Source: Candidatus Versatilivorator sp. (GTDB lineage: Bacteria > Acidobacteriota > Terriglobia > Versatilivoradales > Versatilivoraceae). From it: 64,000 nucleotides of DNA. This document shows, piece by piece, positions 7,443 to 17,558 of the stretch (position 1 is its first letter; each line of letters begins with the position of its first letter). The translations under genes and the position numbers were made by a program. A model generated the notes under the pieces. The model was not told the DNA's origin and made no database searches. It saw nothing but the letters and a program-made list of their open reading frames with translations. The stretch is taken from contig OZ242296.1 of the NCBI GenBank assembly GCA_965207735.1, positions 4,160,001 to 4,224,000 of the forward strand. The letters are read 5' to 3'.

Positions 7443-10400
7443 ATGTCGCTCGGAAGGCCCCTTCTCCCTGGTGCAGTTCTGTCGGGAATCCTGGTTGCCG
7501 GTTGGTTGGCAGCCGCCTCGGCGCCGATCCCGGCAATTGCGGAGGACAAGCCCGGAGAAACCGAAAAAATCCAAGGGCAAGCCTCTTCCGGATTCACCCT
7601 CAAGGTGCCGGTGGAAGTGGTGGTGGTCAACGCCATCGTCACCGACCGGGACGGAAATCCCATCACCGATCTGACCGTCGACGATTTCGAGGTTCTCGAA
7701 AACCGCAAGAAGCAGACCATTCAGTCGTTCTCCCAGGAAATCTACAACCAGAGCCCGCAGAGTTCCGTCACCTGGGGCAGCGCGGTCGGCGCGGAGCAAC
7801 CGGCGCCTGAGGCGGCCCCCGAAAAGCCCCGCCTGCTGAGTCTGGTCATCGACGACCTCACCTATCCCCCCATGGGCACCCTCAACCGCACCATCCACGC
7901 CATTCGCGGATTCGTGGAAAGGGGATTGAAAGAGGGAAACTACATCTCCATCATGACGGCCTCCCGCGGACATTTCGTCCCCTTCACTCAGGACAGCCAA
8001 CTGCTGCTGGCCGAGATCGACAGAATCCACAAGAAGCTGGATTTCACGCCGTCCATGAACCGACCGGGATGCGTCACCATGACCGATGCTCAAGCCGAGG
8101 AAATCCATGTCGTTTCGTCCTCGCCGGGCAGCCGGGCCTTCGACGTGGCCATGGCCGAAGCCGAAGACTGCGGGATAGGCGCCAGCACATCCAGCGCACT
8201 GGCCGGGGGGGCGCCTCGGGTCGGCGTCGGCGCGACCGGGGTCGATGCAACCCAGCAGGCCATTGAAACCTATGTACGCACCCTGGCGTCCCAGCACCTG
8301 TCCCTGAAAAAGGGCCGCACCCGGCGCTTGCTGGATGTTCTGCGGGGGCACATCCGCTCTCTCGGACCGGTGGAGGCAAAGAAATCCATGGTGCTGCTCT
8401 CGGCAGGCTTCCTGCACCGGGCGCTTCGCTATGACCTGGAGCGCCTGGTCGACATGGCGCTGAAGACCGGCATCATCTTCAATACCATCCGGTCCACCGG
8501 GCTGGAAACCAGCCCCATGTACGACGCCAGCGAAAATTTCACCAACAACAGCAGTATCCGGCTTGAAAAGGCCTTGCTGGTCACGGAGGACCGCAGGCAA
8601 AAAGGGATGTCGCTAGATTATCTGGCCAGGGCTACGGGAGGCATCTACTTCAAAGACAACAACGACCTGGGGGCGGGTCTGAGACAAGTGGTGGACCAGC
8701 AGTTTTCCTACTATGTCCTGAGCTACGCCACCCCGCCCAAGAAACCCGATGGGCGCTACTACAGGCTACGAGTGAAAGTCTCACGGCCCGGAGTCCGGGT
8801 CACTCACCGCAAGGGCTTCTATGCCCCCAAGGAGCGCTTGTCCCCCGAAGAACAGAAGAAGAAGGAAATGCTGGAAGCCATGCGGGCGCCCACCGATCTC
8901 AGGGAAATCCCACTGCAAATGTCCTACCACGGCTCCCGCCTGGACCCGGACACCTATCGGTTGGAGATCGTGACCCGGCTGGGATTCAAGGACCTCCCCT
9001 TCCTGGTCGAAGAGGGGAAGCGGATCAATCGGATCAACCTGGCCGTGGTTGCCTTCGACGCCAAGGACGAGTATGTCGGAGGGGACGAAAAAGCCTGGAA
9101 CTTCAAGCTCGGCGACAGCAGCTACCAGGCTCTTCTGCAATCGGGCCTGACCTCCAAGGTTGTGCTTGAGGTTCCGGCGGGGCGGTATCAGGTCAAGGTT
9201 GCGGCACGGGAGAACCTCAACGCCGGACTGGGCTCGCTCCGTCGAACCGTCGAGGTGCCCCTGCCGGCAGACCGGGAAATCATGGGAACCCTGGAAAAGA
9301 CCGCGCTCAGCGGACTGCAATCATCCGAGCGGCACCAGGATCTCGATGTGAATTTCAAGGCGAACTTCTTTTACCAGGAATCCGAGCAGGCGCTGGTCCT
9401 GATCACGGCCAAGGTCGCCCACGGGTCTGCTGGAGACACCCTAAAGGGTTGGTTGCCGGGGAAAGACCTTCGCCTGATGGGAGTCGCCTTTTCTGACGAC
9501 GGGAGAGCGGAATCGCTTTTCAGCCAGACTCTCCCGCTGGCAAACGGGAAGGCGGAGTCGGCCGTGCAGGGATTTCTCAAGCTGAAGCCGGGAGAGTATC
9601 GCATCAAGCTGGTGGCTGCTGACCGCCGGGGCAAATTGGGGACGGCCGAGCAGTCCTTGTGGATTCCAGACCTTCCCCAGGATGCGCTCATGACCAGCGG
9701 CCTGATCTTGAGTCAGGACCTGGAGCCCTTTTCCCCATCCGTGGCCGGAATGCAAGTCCCGGAGGCCCGCTGGCTGTTTCACCGCGGGTTCCGGGTGAAG
9801 CCGGCGATCAGCAACGAAATTGCACCTCCCCAACCTCTGGCCCTATTCTACAAACTCTACAACGCCTCCAAGCTTGAGGACGGTAATCTCACGGCTCACG
9901 TCCAGGCCGTCAAGGACACTGGCGAAGCCGTCGACTTTCCGCCCATCGCGCTGGACCGGAATCACCTGGAGGAGCGGGCACCCGGTCAGGTTGCCGTCGG
10001 TTTCAAGCTTTCCACCCAATCCTTGAGCCCGGGCAATTACCGATTCGAGATTACCACCGAGGAATCAGGCAGCGGTCGCGCTACCATCACCGAGACCGAT
10101 TTCGTGGTGACGCGGGGCTCGCAAACGGCCGCATCCGGGGAGGTGCCGGCGCCGGCCATTGCCGAACAACCCCGTGCCGAAAGGGCCTCCGGTCCGGAAC
10201 CGGTGGTTCGCCTCGACCTGAAAAAGATCAGGGCCAGCCTGGAGATCCCACGGTCCTCGGGCCACACGACTCCCGCACTGGCCTACCGATTCCGCCCCGA
10301 CCTGATGGCCTGCGCCAACGACCGGGGAGAGCTCGGCTACAACCCCGATCACCCTGGCGAATGCGGGGATCTGCGGGGGAACCCATTGCAGTCGCATGCC

Positions 10401-11762
10401 TTGAGGGGAATGAATCTCTTTGGAGCCAACCTGAGCGGCATGGATCTGAGCAAGGCCGACCTTCGGGACGCGGTGCTGCTGAGAGCCGACTTGACCCAAG
10501 CCAGGCTCTGGGAGGCCGATTTGAGAGGTGCCGATCTTCGGGGCGCGAAGCTGACCGGTGCCGAACTGATCAAGGCCAAGCTGGCCGGCGCAAAACTGCA
10601 AGGGGCCGATCTGGCCAACGCCAGCCTGACCCAAGCCAGCCTGAAAGGCGCCGACTTGCTGGGCGCCAATTTGCAAGGCGCCATTCTGAAGGATGCCCGC
10701 TTGAACAAGGCCAATCTGCAGGTGGCCGATTTGTCGGAAGCAATCCTGTTCGGCAGCGATCTGAGGCTGGCCGACCTTCGCGGCGCAAGACTGACCCGGG
10801 CAGCACTGGTCGATGGAAGGGAGGCCAATCTCTTTATTCCCCTTGCCGGCAACATCCGAATCGGCAAGACGCAGTTTGCAGAAGCCCGCTTTGACCAGAG
10901 CACTCAATTGCCGTTCGACTCCCAACAGGCCGCGACCAGGAAAATGCAGCCCGACGATACCCCCTCAACCTACCGTCGCCCCGAGTTCATGATGGACAGC
11001 GGGTCCGAGGAGTTTACCGTCAGTGGATCCGCGGCCCCCACTCTTGCCTCCGGTCAGCCCGGTGGGGTGCCGACCGACGCCGAATGGCCGGATTTTCTGG
11101 ATGCCGTCCGTCGCAGGATAGACGCAACTTTCCGGAACCTGCCCGACTTCGTTTGTCGCCGCCGGACAGAACGATTCGAGCGGTTGTTCCAAGGTTGGCA
11201 GGAAAAAGACCAGTTCCAGGAGGATCTCCTGTTCGCGAATGGAGAAGAGACCTACCAGCCCGTGGGGGGGCAAGAGGCATCGGGCAGCCAGGACGGCGCT
11301 TATTCCATCGGTCAATTCGCGGCCGCTATCCAGAACGTGTTTGCTCCTCAGAGCAGGACCTCCTTCCGTCTGGAGGGCGCCGAGGAGATCGCGGGGCGTC
11401 AGACCGTGCGGGTGGCCTTTCGGATTCCTCAGGAGACTTCCGCTCTTCAAGTGACCTACCAGGGCAATCCCCTGCGAGTGGGTTACCGGGGACTGTGCTG
11501 GATTGACGTCAGCTCCTACCAGGTGGTCCAACTGCTCAAAGAGACAGTGGATCTCCCCTCGGATTTCCCCGTCAAGACTTCGGAGGTGAACATCGCCTAT
11601 GACCAGGTCCGCATCGGGGAAAGCCAACACTGGCTTCCCGTCCGGGCTCAGTTCAACATGTCGATCGGCATTCTGCAGAGTGCCCGGGTCCACACTCGAA
11701 ACATCACCCGGTTCACCGACTATCGACAATTCGAAACCGATGTGAAGCTGGTGCTGGATTAG
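7443..11762 (+). CDS. secreted multidomain protein: acidobacterial VWA domain, beta-sandwich domains, pentapeptide repeats and a C-terminal acidobacterial domain
   Basis: signal peptide; [28 protein letters not shown]; LARATGG..SYYVLSY..DGRY; A(D/N)L repeats at ~10.4-10.8 kb; LPDFVCRR C-terminal domain. Confidence 0.85.
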   Translation: MSLGRPLLPGAVLSGILVAGWLAAASAPIPAIAEDKPGETEKIQGQASSGFTLKVPVEVVVVNAIVTDRDGNPITDLTVDDFEVLENRKKQTIQSFSQEIYNQSPQSSVTWGSAVGAEQPAPEAAPEKPRLLSLVIDDLTYPPMGTLNRTIHAIRGFVERGLKEGNYISIMTASRGHFVPFTQDSQLLLAEIDRIHKKLDFTPSMNRPGCVTMTDAQAEEIHVVSSSPGSRAFDVAMAEAEDCGIGASTSSALAGGAPRVGVGATGVDATQQAIETYVRTLASQHLSLKKGRTRRLLDVLRGHIRSLGPVEAKKSMVLLSAGFLHRALRYDLERLVDMALKTGIIFNTIRSTGLETSPMYDASENFTNNSSIRLEKALLVTEDRRQKGMSLDYLARATGGIYFKDNNDLGAGLRQVVDQQFSYYVLSYATPPKKPDGRYYRLRVKVSRPGVRVTHRKGFYAPKERLSPEEQKKKEMLEAMRAPTDLREIPLQMSYHGSRLDPDTYRLEIVTRLGFKDLPFLVEEGKRINRINLAVVAFDAKDEYVGGDEKAWNFKLGDSSYQALLQSGLTSKVVLEVPAGRYQVKVAARENLNAGLGSLRRTVEVPLPADREIMGTLEKTALSGLQSSERHQDLDVNFKANFFYQESEQALVLITAKVAHGSAGDTLKGWLPGKDLRLMGVAFSDDGRAESLFSQTLPLANGKAESAVQGFLKLKPGEYRIKLVAADRRGKLGTAEQSLWIPDLPQDALMTSGLILSQDLEPFSPSVAGMQVPEARWLFHRGFRVKPAISNEIAPPQPLALFYKLYNASKLEDGNLTAHVQAVKDTGEAVDFPPIALDRNHLEERAPGQVAVGFKLSTQSLSPGNYRFEITTEESGSGRATITETDFVVTRGSQTAASGEVPAPAIAEQPRAERASGPEPVVRLDLKKIRASLEIPRSSGHTTPALAYRFRPDLMACANDRGELGYNPDHPGECGDLRGNPLQSHALRGMNLFGANLSGMDLSKADLRDAVLLRADLTQARLWEADLRGADLRGAKLTGAELIKAKLAGAKLQGADLANASLTQASLKGADLLGANLQGAILKDARLNKANLQVADLSEAILFGSDLRLADLRGARLTRAALVDGREANLFIPLAGNIRIGKTQFAEARFDQSTQLPFDSQQAATRKMQPDDTPSTYRRPEFMMDSGSEEFTVSGSAAPTLASGQPGGVPTDAEWPDFLDAVRRRIDATFRNLPDFVCRRRTERFERLFQGWQEKDQFQEDLLFANGEETYQPVGGQEASGSQDGAYSIGQFAAAIQNVFAPQSRTSFRLEGAEEIAGRQTVRVAFRIPQETSALQVTYQGNPLRVGYRGLCWIDVSSYQVVQLLKETVDLPSDFPVKTSEVNIAYDQVRIGESQHWLPVRAQFNMSIGILQSARVHTRNITRFTDYRQFETDVKLVLD

Positions 11763-11896
11763 CCGAACCGCCTGCCGAGACCCGACCCGAAACCCGGCCG
11801 TCCCTCACTTCTCACCCCTCAACAACCCGCCAGTCGGCCCGTCCGTACTGCCCCGTGGGGCCGACTTGGGGCGGTTGCCGAGAAACTCCGGCGCTG

Positions 11897-11905
11897 TGCT
11901 ATACT
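11897..11905 (+). promoter_or_regulatory. putative extended -10 promoter for ilvE-recX-alaS
   Basis: TGcTATACT about 80 nt upstream of the start. Confidence 0.35.
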
Positions 11906-11982
11906 TCTCGCTCCTCGGGGGAGGTCCCCCGAAAACCGCACCCTTCCTGACACCCGGCGACGGTCCAAGTCAAGGAGCTGAA

Positions 11983-12903
11983 TTGCCCATTCCCAAGTCG
12001 CAAAAGATCTGGTTCAACGGACATTTCGTTCCCTGGGACGACGCCAAGATCCACGTCTTGTCCCACGTGGTGAACTACGGATCTGCCGTGTTCGAAGGCA
12101 TTCGCTGTTACAACACGGCTAAGGGTTCGGCGGTGTTCTGCCTGGAAAGACACGTGGAGCGACTCCTGAATTCGGCCAAGCTCTATCGTATGCAGATCCC
12201 CTATTCAGCCGGGGACCTCTGCCAAGCCATCCTGGAAACCATTCGGGAAAACAGACTGAAGGAATGCTACATCCGTCCCATCATTCTCAGAGGCTACGGC
12301 GAGATTGGCGTCAACCCGCTGGGCTGCCCCCTGGAGGTCGTCATCGCCGTTTGGGAATGGGGTCAGTATCTTGGCAAGGAATCCTTGGAGCAAGGCGTGG
12401 ATGTCTGTGTCTCATCCTGGAACCGCATCGCCCCCAATACCCTCCCCACCCTGGCCAAGGCGGGAGCCAACTATATGAACTCCCAGCTTATCAAGATGGA
12501 GGCCATGCAGGCCGGTTACTCGGAGGGCATCGCCCTGGATACCGCCGGCTACGTCAGCGAAGGGAGCGGAGAGAACATTTTTGTCATCAAGGAGGGCGTC
12601 CTCCTGACTCCCGGGCTGGCCTCCTCCGTCCTCCCCGGAATTACCCGTCGGGCGGTGATCGAGATCTGTCGCGACCTCGACATTGAAGTTCGGGAGCAAG
12701 GCATCGCTCGGGAGCTCCTCTATCTGGCTGACGAGTTGTTCTTTACCGGCACCGCCGCAGAAGTCACGCCGATCCGTAGCGTGGACAAGATCAGCGTTGG
12801 CAGCGGCCGCCGGGGGCCGGTCACCGCCAGAATCCAGCAACGATTCTTCCAGATCGTTGAAGGCAAAAGCGAGGACCACCCCGAATGGCTGGCCTTCGTA
12901 TGA
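11983..12903 (+). CDS. ilvE: branched-chain amino acid aminotransferase
   Basis: AAGGAG RBS and TTG start; [42 protein letters not shown]. Confidence 0.96.
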   Translation: MPIPKSQKIWFNGHFVPWDDAKIHVLSHVVNYGSAVFEGIRCYNTAKGSAVFCLERHVERLLNSAKLYRMQIPYSAGDLCQAILETIRENRLKECYIRPIILRGYGEIGVNPLGCPLEVVIAVWEWGQYLGKESLEQGVDVCVSSWNRIAPNTLPTLAKAGANYMNSQLIKMEAMQAGYSEGIALDTAGYVSEGSGENIFVIKEGVLLTPGLASSVLPGITRRAVIEICRDLDIEVREQGIARELLYLADELFFTGTAAEVTPIRSVDKISVGSGRRGPVTARIQQRFFQIVEGKSEDHPEWLAFV

Positions 12904-12934
12904 TCCCGACATCCCAAATCCTGCACAACGCTCC

Positions 12935-13435
12935 GTGAGCGAGGAGCCCCGTCCACACGATTCAGAGGCCCTCTTCCAATGGGCACTCCGGGCCCTGGGC
13001 CGGAAGATCCACTCCACCCGAGAACTGGAAGTCAAGCTGCTGGCCCGGACCGATGATGCGTCCGCGGTGGCCGGCGTCCTTGCCAGGTTGAAGGCGAGTG
13101 GCTACCTGGATGACCGGCAGTGCCTCGAGACCCTCGTTGCCGTCCGTCTGCGCCGCGGCGCCTGCAGCCGATCCAGGCTGCAGAAGGAGATGGCTGCTCG
13201 GGGACTGCCCAGGCGACTGGTCGACCAGGTGCTGGACGAGGTGTTCCCGCCGGAAAAAGAGCTGGCCCATTTACGGCACAGCCTGGAACGCAAGCTGGAT
13301 GCCTTGTCCGAGCCACTGGATGAAAAAAGGCTGGCCAGGCTCTATAATTACCTGCTCGGCCGAGGCTTTCCTTTGGAGGCCGTGCGGCGTGAATTCAGGA
13401 AGCGATTCCATCGACTCTCTGAATTGGCGGACTGA
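12935..13435 (+). CDS. recX: regulatory protein RecX
   Basis: ALRALGRKIHSTRELEVKL, GYLDD, YLLGRGF; immediately upstream of alaS. Confidence 0.85.
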   Translation: MSEEPRPHDSEALFQWALRALGRKIHSTRELEVKLLARTDDASAVAGVLARLKASGYLDDRQCLETLVAVRLRRGACSRSRLQKEMAARGLPRRLVDQVLDEVFPPEKELAHLRHSLERKLDALSEPLDEKRLARLYNYLLGRGFPLEAVRREFRKRFHRLSELAD

Positions 13436-13480
13436 AGCACCCCTCCGCCAGAACAATTCGGCATAGAGGACACCGCAGTC

Positions 13481-16132
13481 GTGACCGGAACCGAAACCCG
13501 CAGGAAGTTCCTGGAATATTTTCAACAGAGAGGGCACCGCATCGTCAGAAGCTCTTCGCTGGTCCCCGCCGGCGATCCCACGCTGCTGTTCACCAATGCC
13601 GGCATGAACCAGTTCAAGGACGTATTCCTGGGACGGGAGAAGCGGGACTACCTTCGGGCTACCACCTCCCAGAAATGCGTTCGGGCAGGCGGAAAGCACA
13701 ACGACTTCGAGAACGTGGGCAAGACCGCCAGACACCACACCTTCTTCGAAATGCTGGGGAACTTTTCCTTCGGCGACTACTTCAAATCGGAAGCCATCCC
13801 GCTGGCTTGGGAACTGGTGACCGAAGTCTACGGGCTCAAGCCGGAGCAACTCTGGATCACGGTCTACAGGGACGATGACGACGCGCACCGGATCTGGAAC
13901 CGAGAGATCGGGGTTCCGGGCGACCGCATCTTTCGACTGGGAGAGAAGGACAATTTCTGGGCCATGGGGGACACCGGTCCCTGCGGCCCCTGTTCCGAGA
14001 TTCATTTCGACCAGGGGCCGGCCGGCAGCGAGGCCGGACATACGCAATGCAGTTTTCCCTGTGAGTGCGGCCGCTTTGTCGAAATCTGGAACCTGGTGTT
14101 CATGGAGTTCGACCGGCAGAGCTCGGGTCAACTGGTTCGCCTACCCAAGCCCTCGGTGGACACCGGCATGGGCCTGGAGCGAATGACAGCGGTGCTCCAG
14201 GGGAAGTACAGCAACTACGACACGGACCTGCTGAAGCCGTTGACGCAATTCGCAGCCGAAATAGCCGGACGGGACTACGGCAACGACAGGGCCGCCGACG
14301 TTTCCATGCGGGTGATCGCGGACCATGCCAGGGCGACGGCTTTCCTCGTAAGCGACGGGGTGGTACCCGACAATGACGGGCGTGGCTATGTCCTGCGAAA
14401 AATCATGCGTCGCGGCATACGGCACGGACGGCTCATCGGAATCCAAGACGAGTTTCTGCACCGGATGGCCGACAGGGTGGCGGATCTCATGCAGGACGCC
14501 TATCCGGAGCTGGCTTCCACCCGGGATTACGTGTCCAGGGTGGTGCGCACCGAAGAGCAGCGCTTCTCGTCCACGCTGCGGATCGCATTGGACCAGCTCG
14601 GCGACGTGCTGTCTCGACTGGAATCCTCCGGCGGGCGTCCCCGACGGCTACCGGGGACGGTCATGTTCAAGTTCTATGACACCTACGGCCTGCCCTTGGA
14701 CCTGATGCAGGAGATCGCGGACGAAAATGGACTGATCCTGGACGAAGAAGGCTTCAACCGGCGGCTGACGGCCCAGCGCGAGAGGGGGCGGGCCAGTTGG
14801 AAGGAAACGGCCACCGCTGCCGGCTCGGCGCCCCCGCCCACCGCCGAGAAGACCCGCTTTCTCGGCTATACCCGGCTTGGCACCGACCAGTCGACCGTGA
14901 TGGGAATCCTGATCGAGGGCAAGCAGACCGACTCGCTGCCGGCCGGAAAGGTGGGAGAGATCTTCCTGGACCAGACGCCCTTCTATGCGGAAACGGGAGG
15001 CCAGGTCGGAGACACCGGAGTCTTGCAGGGCGTCGAGGCCGAGGCCGTCGTGCAGGATACCTATCCGGCTCCTCTCGGCTACTCCGCTCACCGGGTCAGC
15101 TGCTCCCGGGGAGCCCTGCGAGTGGGGGAAAGGGTCGAGGCCAGGGTGGACGCGATCCGCCGCCATTCCATCAGGAAAAACCACACTGCCACTCACTTGC
15201 TCCATGCCGCCCTCCACCAACTGGTCGGGTTTCACGTCAAACAGTCCGGCTCTCTGGTGGCTCCCGATCGCTTGCGCTTCGACTTCACCCACTATACGGC
15301 CCTTTCGCCGGAGGACCTCATCGAGATTGAGGACCTGGTGAACCGCAAGGTCATGGACAACCTGTCCGTCACCACGCTGGTTCAGGAATTGAACCAGGCG
15401 GTGTCGGAAGGAGCCATGGCTCTTTTCGGAGAGAAGTACGGTGACCGGGTGAGGGTGGTGTCGGTGGATGGCTTCAGCAAGGAGCTTTGCGGCGGCACCC
15501 ACGTATCCCGCACCGGCGACATCGGATTGTTCAAGATAGTCAGCGAAAGCGGGGTCGCCGCAGGGGTCCGCCGTATTGAAGCCATTACAGGCACCGGGGC
15601 GCTCCGCCGCTTTCGCGAGGACGAGGCACTGCTCAGCCAGTTGGAGGGGCTCTTCAAGGGGACTCGGCCCGAGCTGGTGGGATCGGTCCGCAGGTACCAG
15701 GCCTCCATCAGGTCTTTGGAGAAGGAACTACAGGCAATGCGCTACCGCCTGGCCCAGGACCGGGTCGGGCAACTGCTGCATACCGCCAAGCGTGTAAATG
15801 ACATCAAAGTCTTGACTTCTGTGGTGGATCAGCTAGACAATGCCTCGCTGCGCAATCTGGCTGACGAGCTGAAGTCGCGGATCGGCCGGGGCGTAGTGGT
15901 GCTGGCCACTTCGGGTTCCGGCAAAGTCTCCCTGGTCGCGGCCATTACCTCCGATCTGACTTCCCGTCTCCACGCGGGCAGGATGGTCAAGGAAATCGCC
16001 TCGGTGGTCGGCGGCGGCGGCGGCGGCAGACCGGGCTTGGCTGAAGCCGGGGGAAAGGACCCGAGCAAGTTACCCCTGGCGCTGGAGGCGGTTGCCGGCT
16101 ACGTCGAGAGGCATATCCAAGGGGCGGGTTGA
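13481..16132 (+). CDS. alaS: alanyl-tRNA synthetase
   Basis: LLFTNAGMNQFK, HHTFFEMLGNFSFGDYFK, HTATHLLH, ELCGGTHV, GGGGG DHHA1 end. Confidence 0.98.
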   Translation: MTGTETRRKFLEYFQQRGHRIVRSSSLVPAGDPTLLFTNAGMNQFKDVFLGREKRDYLRATTSQKCVRAGGKHNDFENVGKTARHHTFFEMLGNFSFGDYFKSEAIPLAWELVTEVYGLKPEQLWITVYRDDDDAHRIWNREIGVPGDRIFRLGEKDNFWAMGDTGPCGPCSEIHFDQGPAGSEAGHTQCSFPCECGRFVEIWNLVFMEFDRQSSGQLVRLPKPSVDTGMGLERMTAVLQGKYSNYDTDLLKPLTQFAAEIAGRDYGNDRAADVSMRVIADHARATAFLVSDGVVPDNDGRGYVLRKIMRRGIRHGRLIGIQDEFLHRMADRVADLMQDAYPELASTRDYVSRVVRTEEQRFSSTLRIALDQLGDVLSRLESSGGRPRRLPGTVMFKFYDTYGLPLDLMQEIADENGLILDEEGFNRRLTAQRERGRASWKETATAAGSAPPPTAEKTRFLGYTRLGTDQSTVMGILIEGKQTDSLPAGKVGEIFLDQTPFYAETGGQVGDTGVLQGVEAEAVVQDTYPAPLGYSAHRVSCSRGALRVGERVEARVDAIRRHSIRKNHTATHLLHAALHQLVGFHVKQSGSLVAPDRLRFDFTHYTALSPEDLIEIEDLVNRKVMDNLSVTTLVQELNQAVSEGAMALFGEKYGDRVRVVSVDGFSKELCGGTHVSRTGDIGLFKIVSESGVAAGVRRIEAITGTGALRRFREDEALLSQLEGLFKGTRPELVGSVRRYQASIRSLEKELQAMRYRLAQDRVGQLLHTAKRVNDIKVLTSVVDQLDNASLRNLADELKSRIGRGVVVLATSGSGKVSLVAAITSDLTSRLHAGRMVKEIASVVGGGGGGRPGLAEAGGKDPSKLPLALEAVAGYVERHIQGAG

Positions 16133-16147
16133 CCCGCCCATTTTTTT
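16122..16147 (+). terminator. rho-independent terminator overlapping the alaS stop
   Basis: GGGCGGG-ttga-CCCGCCC followed by A and T7. Confidence 0.8.
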
Positions 16148-16297
16148 GTCGCGCCAATGAATCCGCCTGGTCGGGGCTGGCCGAGAAGACACCTCCAGTC
16201 ACTGGTCCTCGGAGAAATCGTTAGACTATTTCCGGTTCCGAGACATCTAATTGTCCTGAGAGAGAAAACGTTGCCCCATCATTCAGTTCCTGTTTCC

Positions 16298-17362
16298 ATG
16301 GTTACCCCCACGAAAATCAACACTCCCGGTTGGAACCTGAACCGATACGTGGTTTCGGCCGGTTGCCTGTTCACCCTGGTGGTGTGCCCGACCTCGATCG
16401 GCGGGGAGATCGACAGCTTCACCGGACCCGACGGACGCCGCATATTTTCCAATACTCGAAACATCTCCATAGCCCCGACCAGCTCTCCCACATTGCCGGA
16501 GCCGGGCGCGTCAACGAGGACTCGCCGAAGGGAGCAGCCTCCTGCCGGGATCGGAAGACTCATCGATCGCATCGCCCGAATGCACGGAATGGATCCGGAA
16601 CTGGTCAAGGCGGTGGCCAGGGTGGAGTCCAACTACAATCCAACGGCAATTTCCCCCAAAGGAGCCCTGGGAGTCATGCAGTTGCTGCCGGAGACCACCA
16701 AGCGGTTTGGGGGGGTAGCCGACACATACGATCCCGCCCAAAACGCGGAGATCTTCAGCGTCACCGGACCCGACGGACGCCGGATCTTTTCCAATTCCGG
16801 CGACATCGCCATTTCTCCGGCCAAGCTCTCTCCGGCGCCGGAGCCGGGCGTGCGACTGAGGATTCGCAGAAAGGGTCGGCCCCCTGCCGGGATCGGAAGA
16901 CTCATCGATCGCATCGCCCGAAAGCACGGGATGGATCCGGAACTGGTCAAGGCGGTGGCCAGAGTGGAGTCCAACTACAATCCAACGGCAATTTCCCCCA
17001 AAGGAGCCCTGGGAGTCATGCAGTTGCTGCCGGAGACCGCCAAGCGATTTGGGGTAGCCGACGCATACGATCCCGCCCAAAACATCGAGGGAGGAATACG
17101 CTACCTCAAGTTCTTGCGGGATCAATTTCCGGGCAACCTTTCCCTGGTGCTGGCGGCCTACAACGCAGGTGAAAACGCCGTCCGGAAGCATGGCGGCATT
17201 CCCCCCTACCAGGAGACTCGGGACTACGTCCACAAGATCAGGCAGCTTTATGGCCAAGACCTGCCGGACACAACCGCCGGCGGAATAAAACCGGATATCG
17301 TCAGCTACCGGGATTCAGCCGGCCGATTGGTCTATTCCAACCTGGAAACATCCTACCGATAG
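16298..17362 (+). CDS. lytic transglycosylase (SLT) with internal duplication; start uncertain
   Basis: VESNYNP.AISPKGALGVMQL occurs twice; LAAYNAG and PPYQETRDYV once. Confidence 0.9.
   Translation: MVTPTKINTPGWNLNRYVVSAGCLFTLVVCPTSIGGEIDSFTGPDGRRIFSNTRNISIAPTSSPTLPEPGASTRTRRREQPPAGIGRLIDRIARMHGMDPELVKAVARVESNYNPTAISPKGALGVMQLLPETTKRFGGVADTYDPAQNAEIFSVTGPDGRRIFSNSGDIAISPAKLSPAPEPGVRLRIRRKGRPPAGIGRLIDRIARKHGMDPELVKAVARVESNYNPTAISPKGALGVMQLLPETAKRFGVADAYDPAQNIEGGIRYLKFLRDQFPGNLSLVLAAYNAGENAVRKHGGIPPYQETRDYVHKIRQLYGQDLPDTTAGGIKPDIVSYRDSAGRLVYSNLETSYR
16405..17083 (+). repeat. in-frame tandem duplication, period 342 bp
   Basis: accggacccgacggacgccg at 16421 and 16763; SLT cores nearly identical. 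Confidence 0.92.
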
Positions 17363-17378
17363 CGCCTGCCTGCCTGCC

Positions 17379-17480
17379 TGAAACAAAAGAAAAAAGAGTT
17401 ATCCACGAAGGGACACTAAGGCGTTGAGGTCAATCGCGACGGGATACCAAGGTCGCGAAGGGATGGTCGATTTCTGATTG
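17379..17480. repeat. dispersed repeat, TGAAACAA...AAGAGTTATCCACGAAGGG family, copy 1
   Basis: aligns with 56586-56703 over ~85 nt, apart from a 20-nt deletion. Confidence 0.85.
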
Positions 17481-17520
17481 TTTCACTCTCGTATGATCCG
17501 CCCGTCAAGGCGGCGGCGGG

Positions 17521-17558
17521 ACTCTCCACTCTCCACTCTCCACTATTCACTCTCCACT
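17521..17558. repeat. heptamer tandem repeat (CTCCACT)x~5 overlapping a stop codon
   Basis: actctccactctccactctccactattcactctccact. Confidence 0.85.

Noticed and set aside
16405-17083. DGR template/variable repeat pair
   Set aside because: Both copies are in frame in one gene, there is an indel and broad linker divergence, and no reverse transcriptase is present in the window
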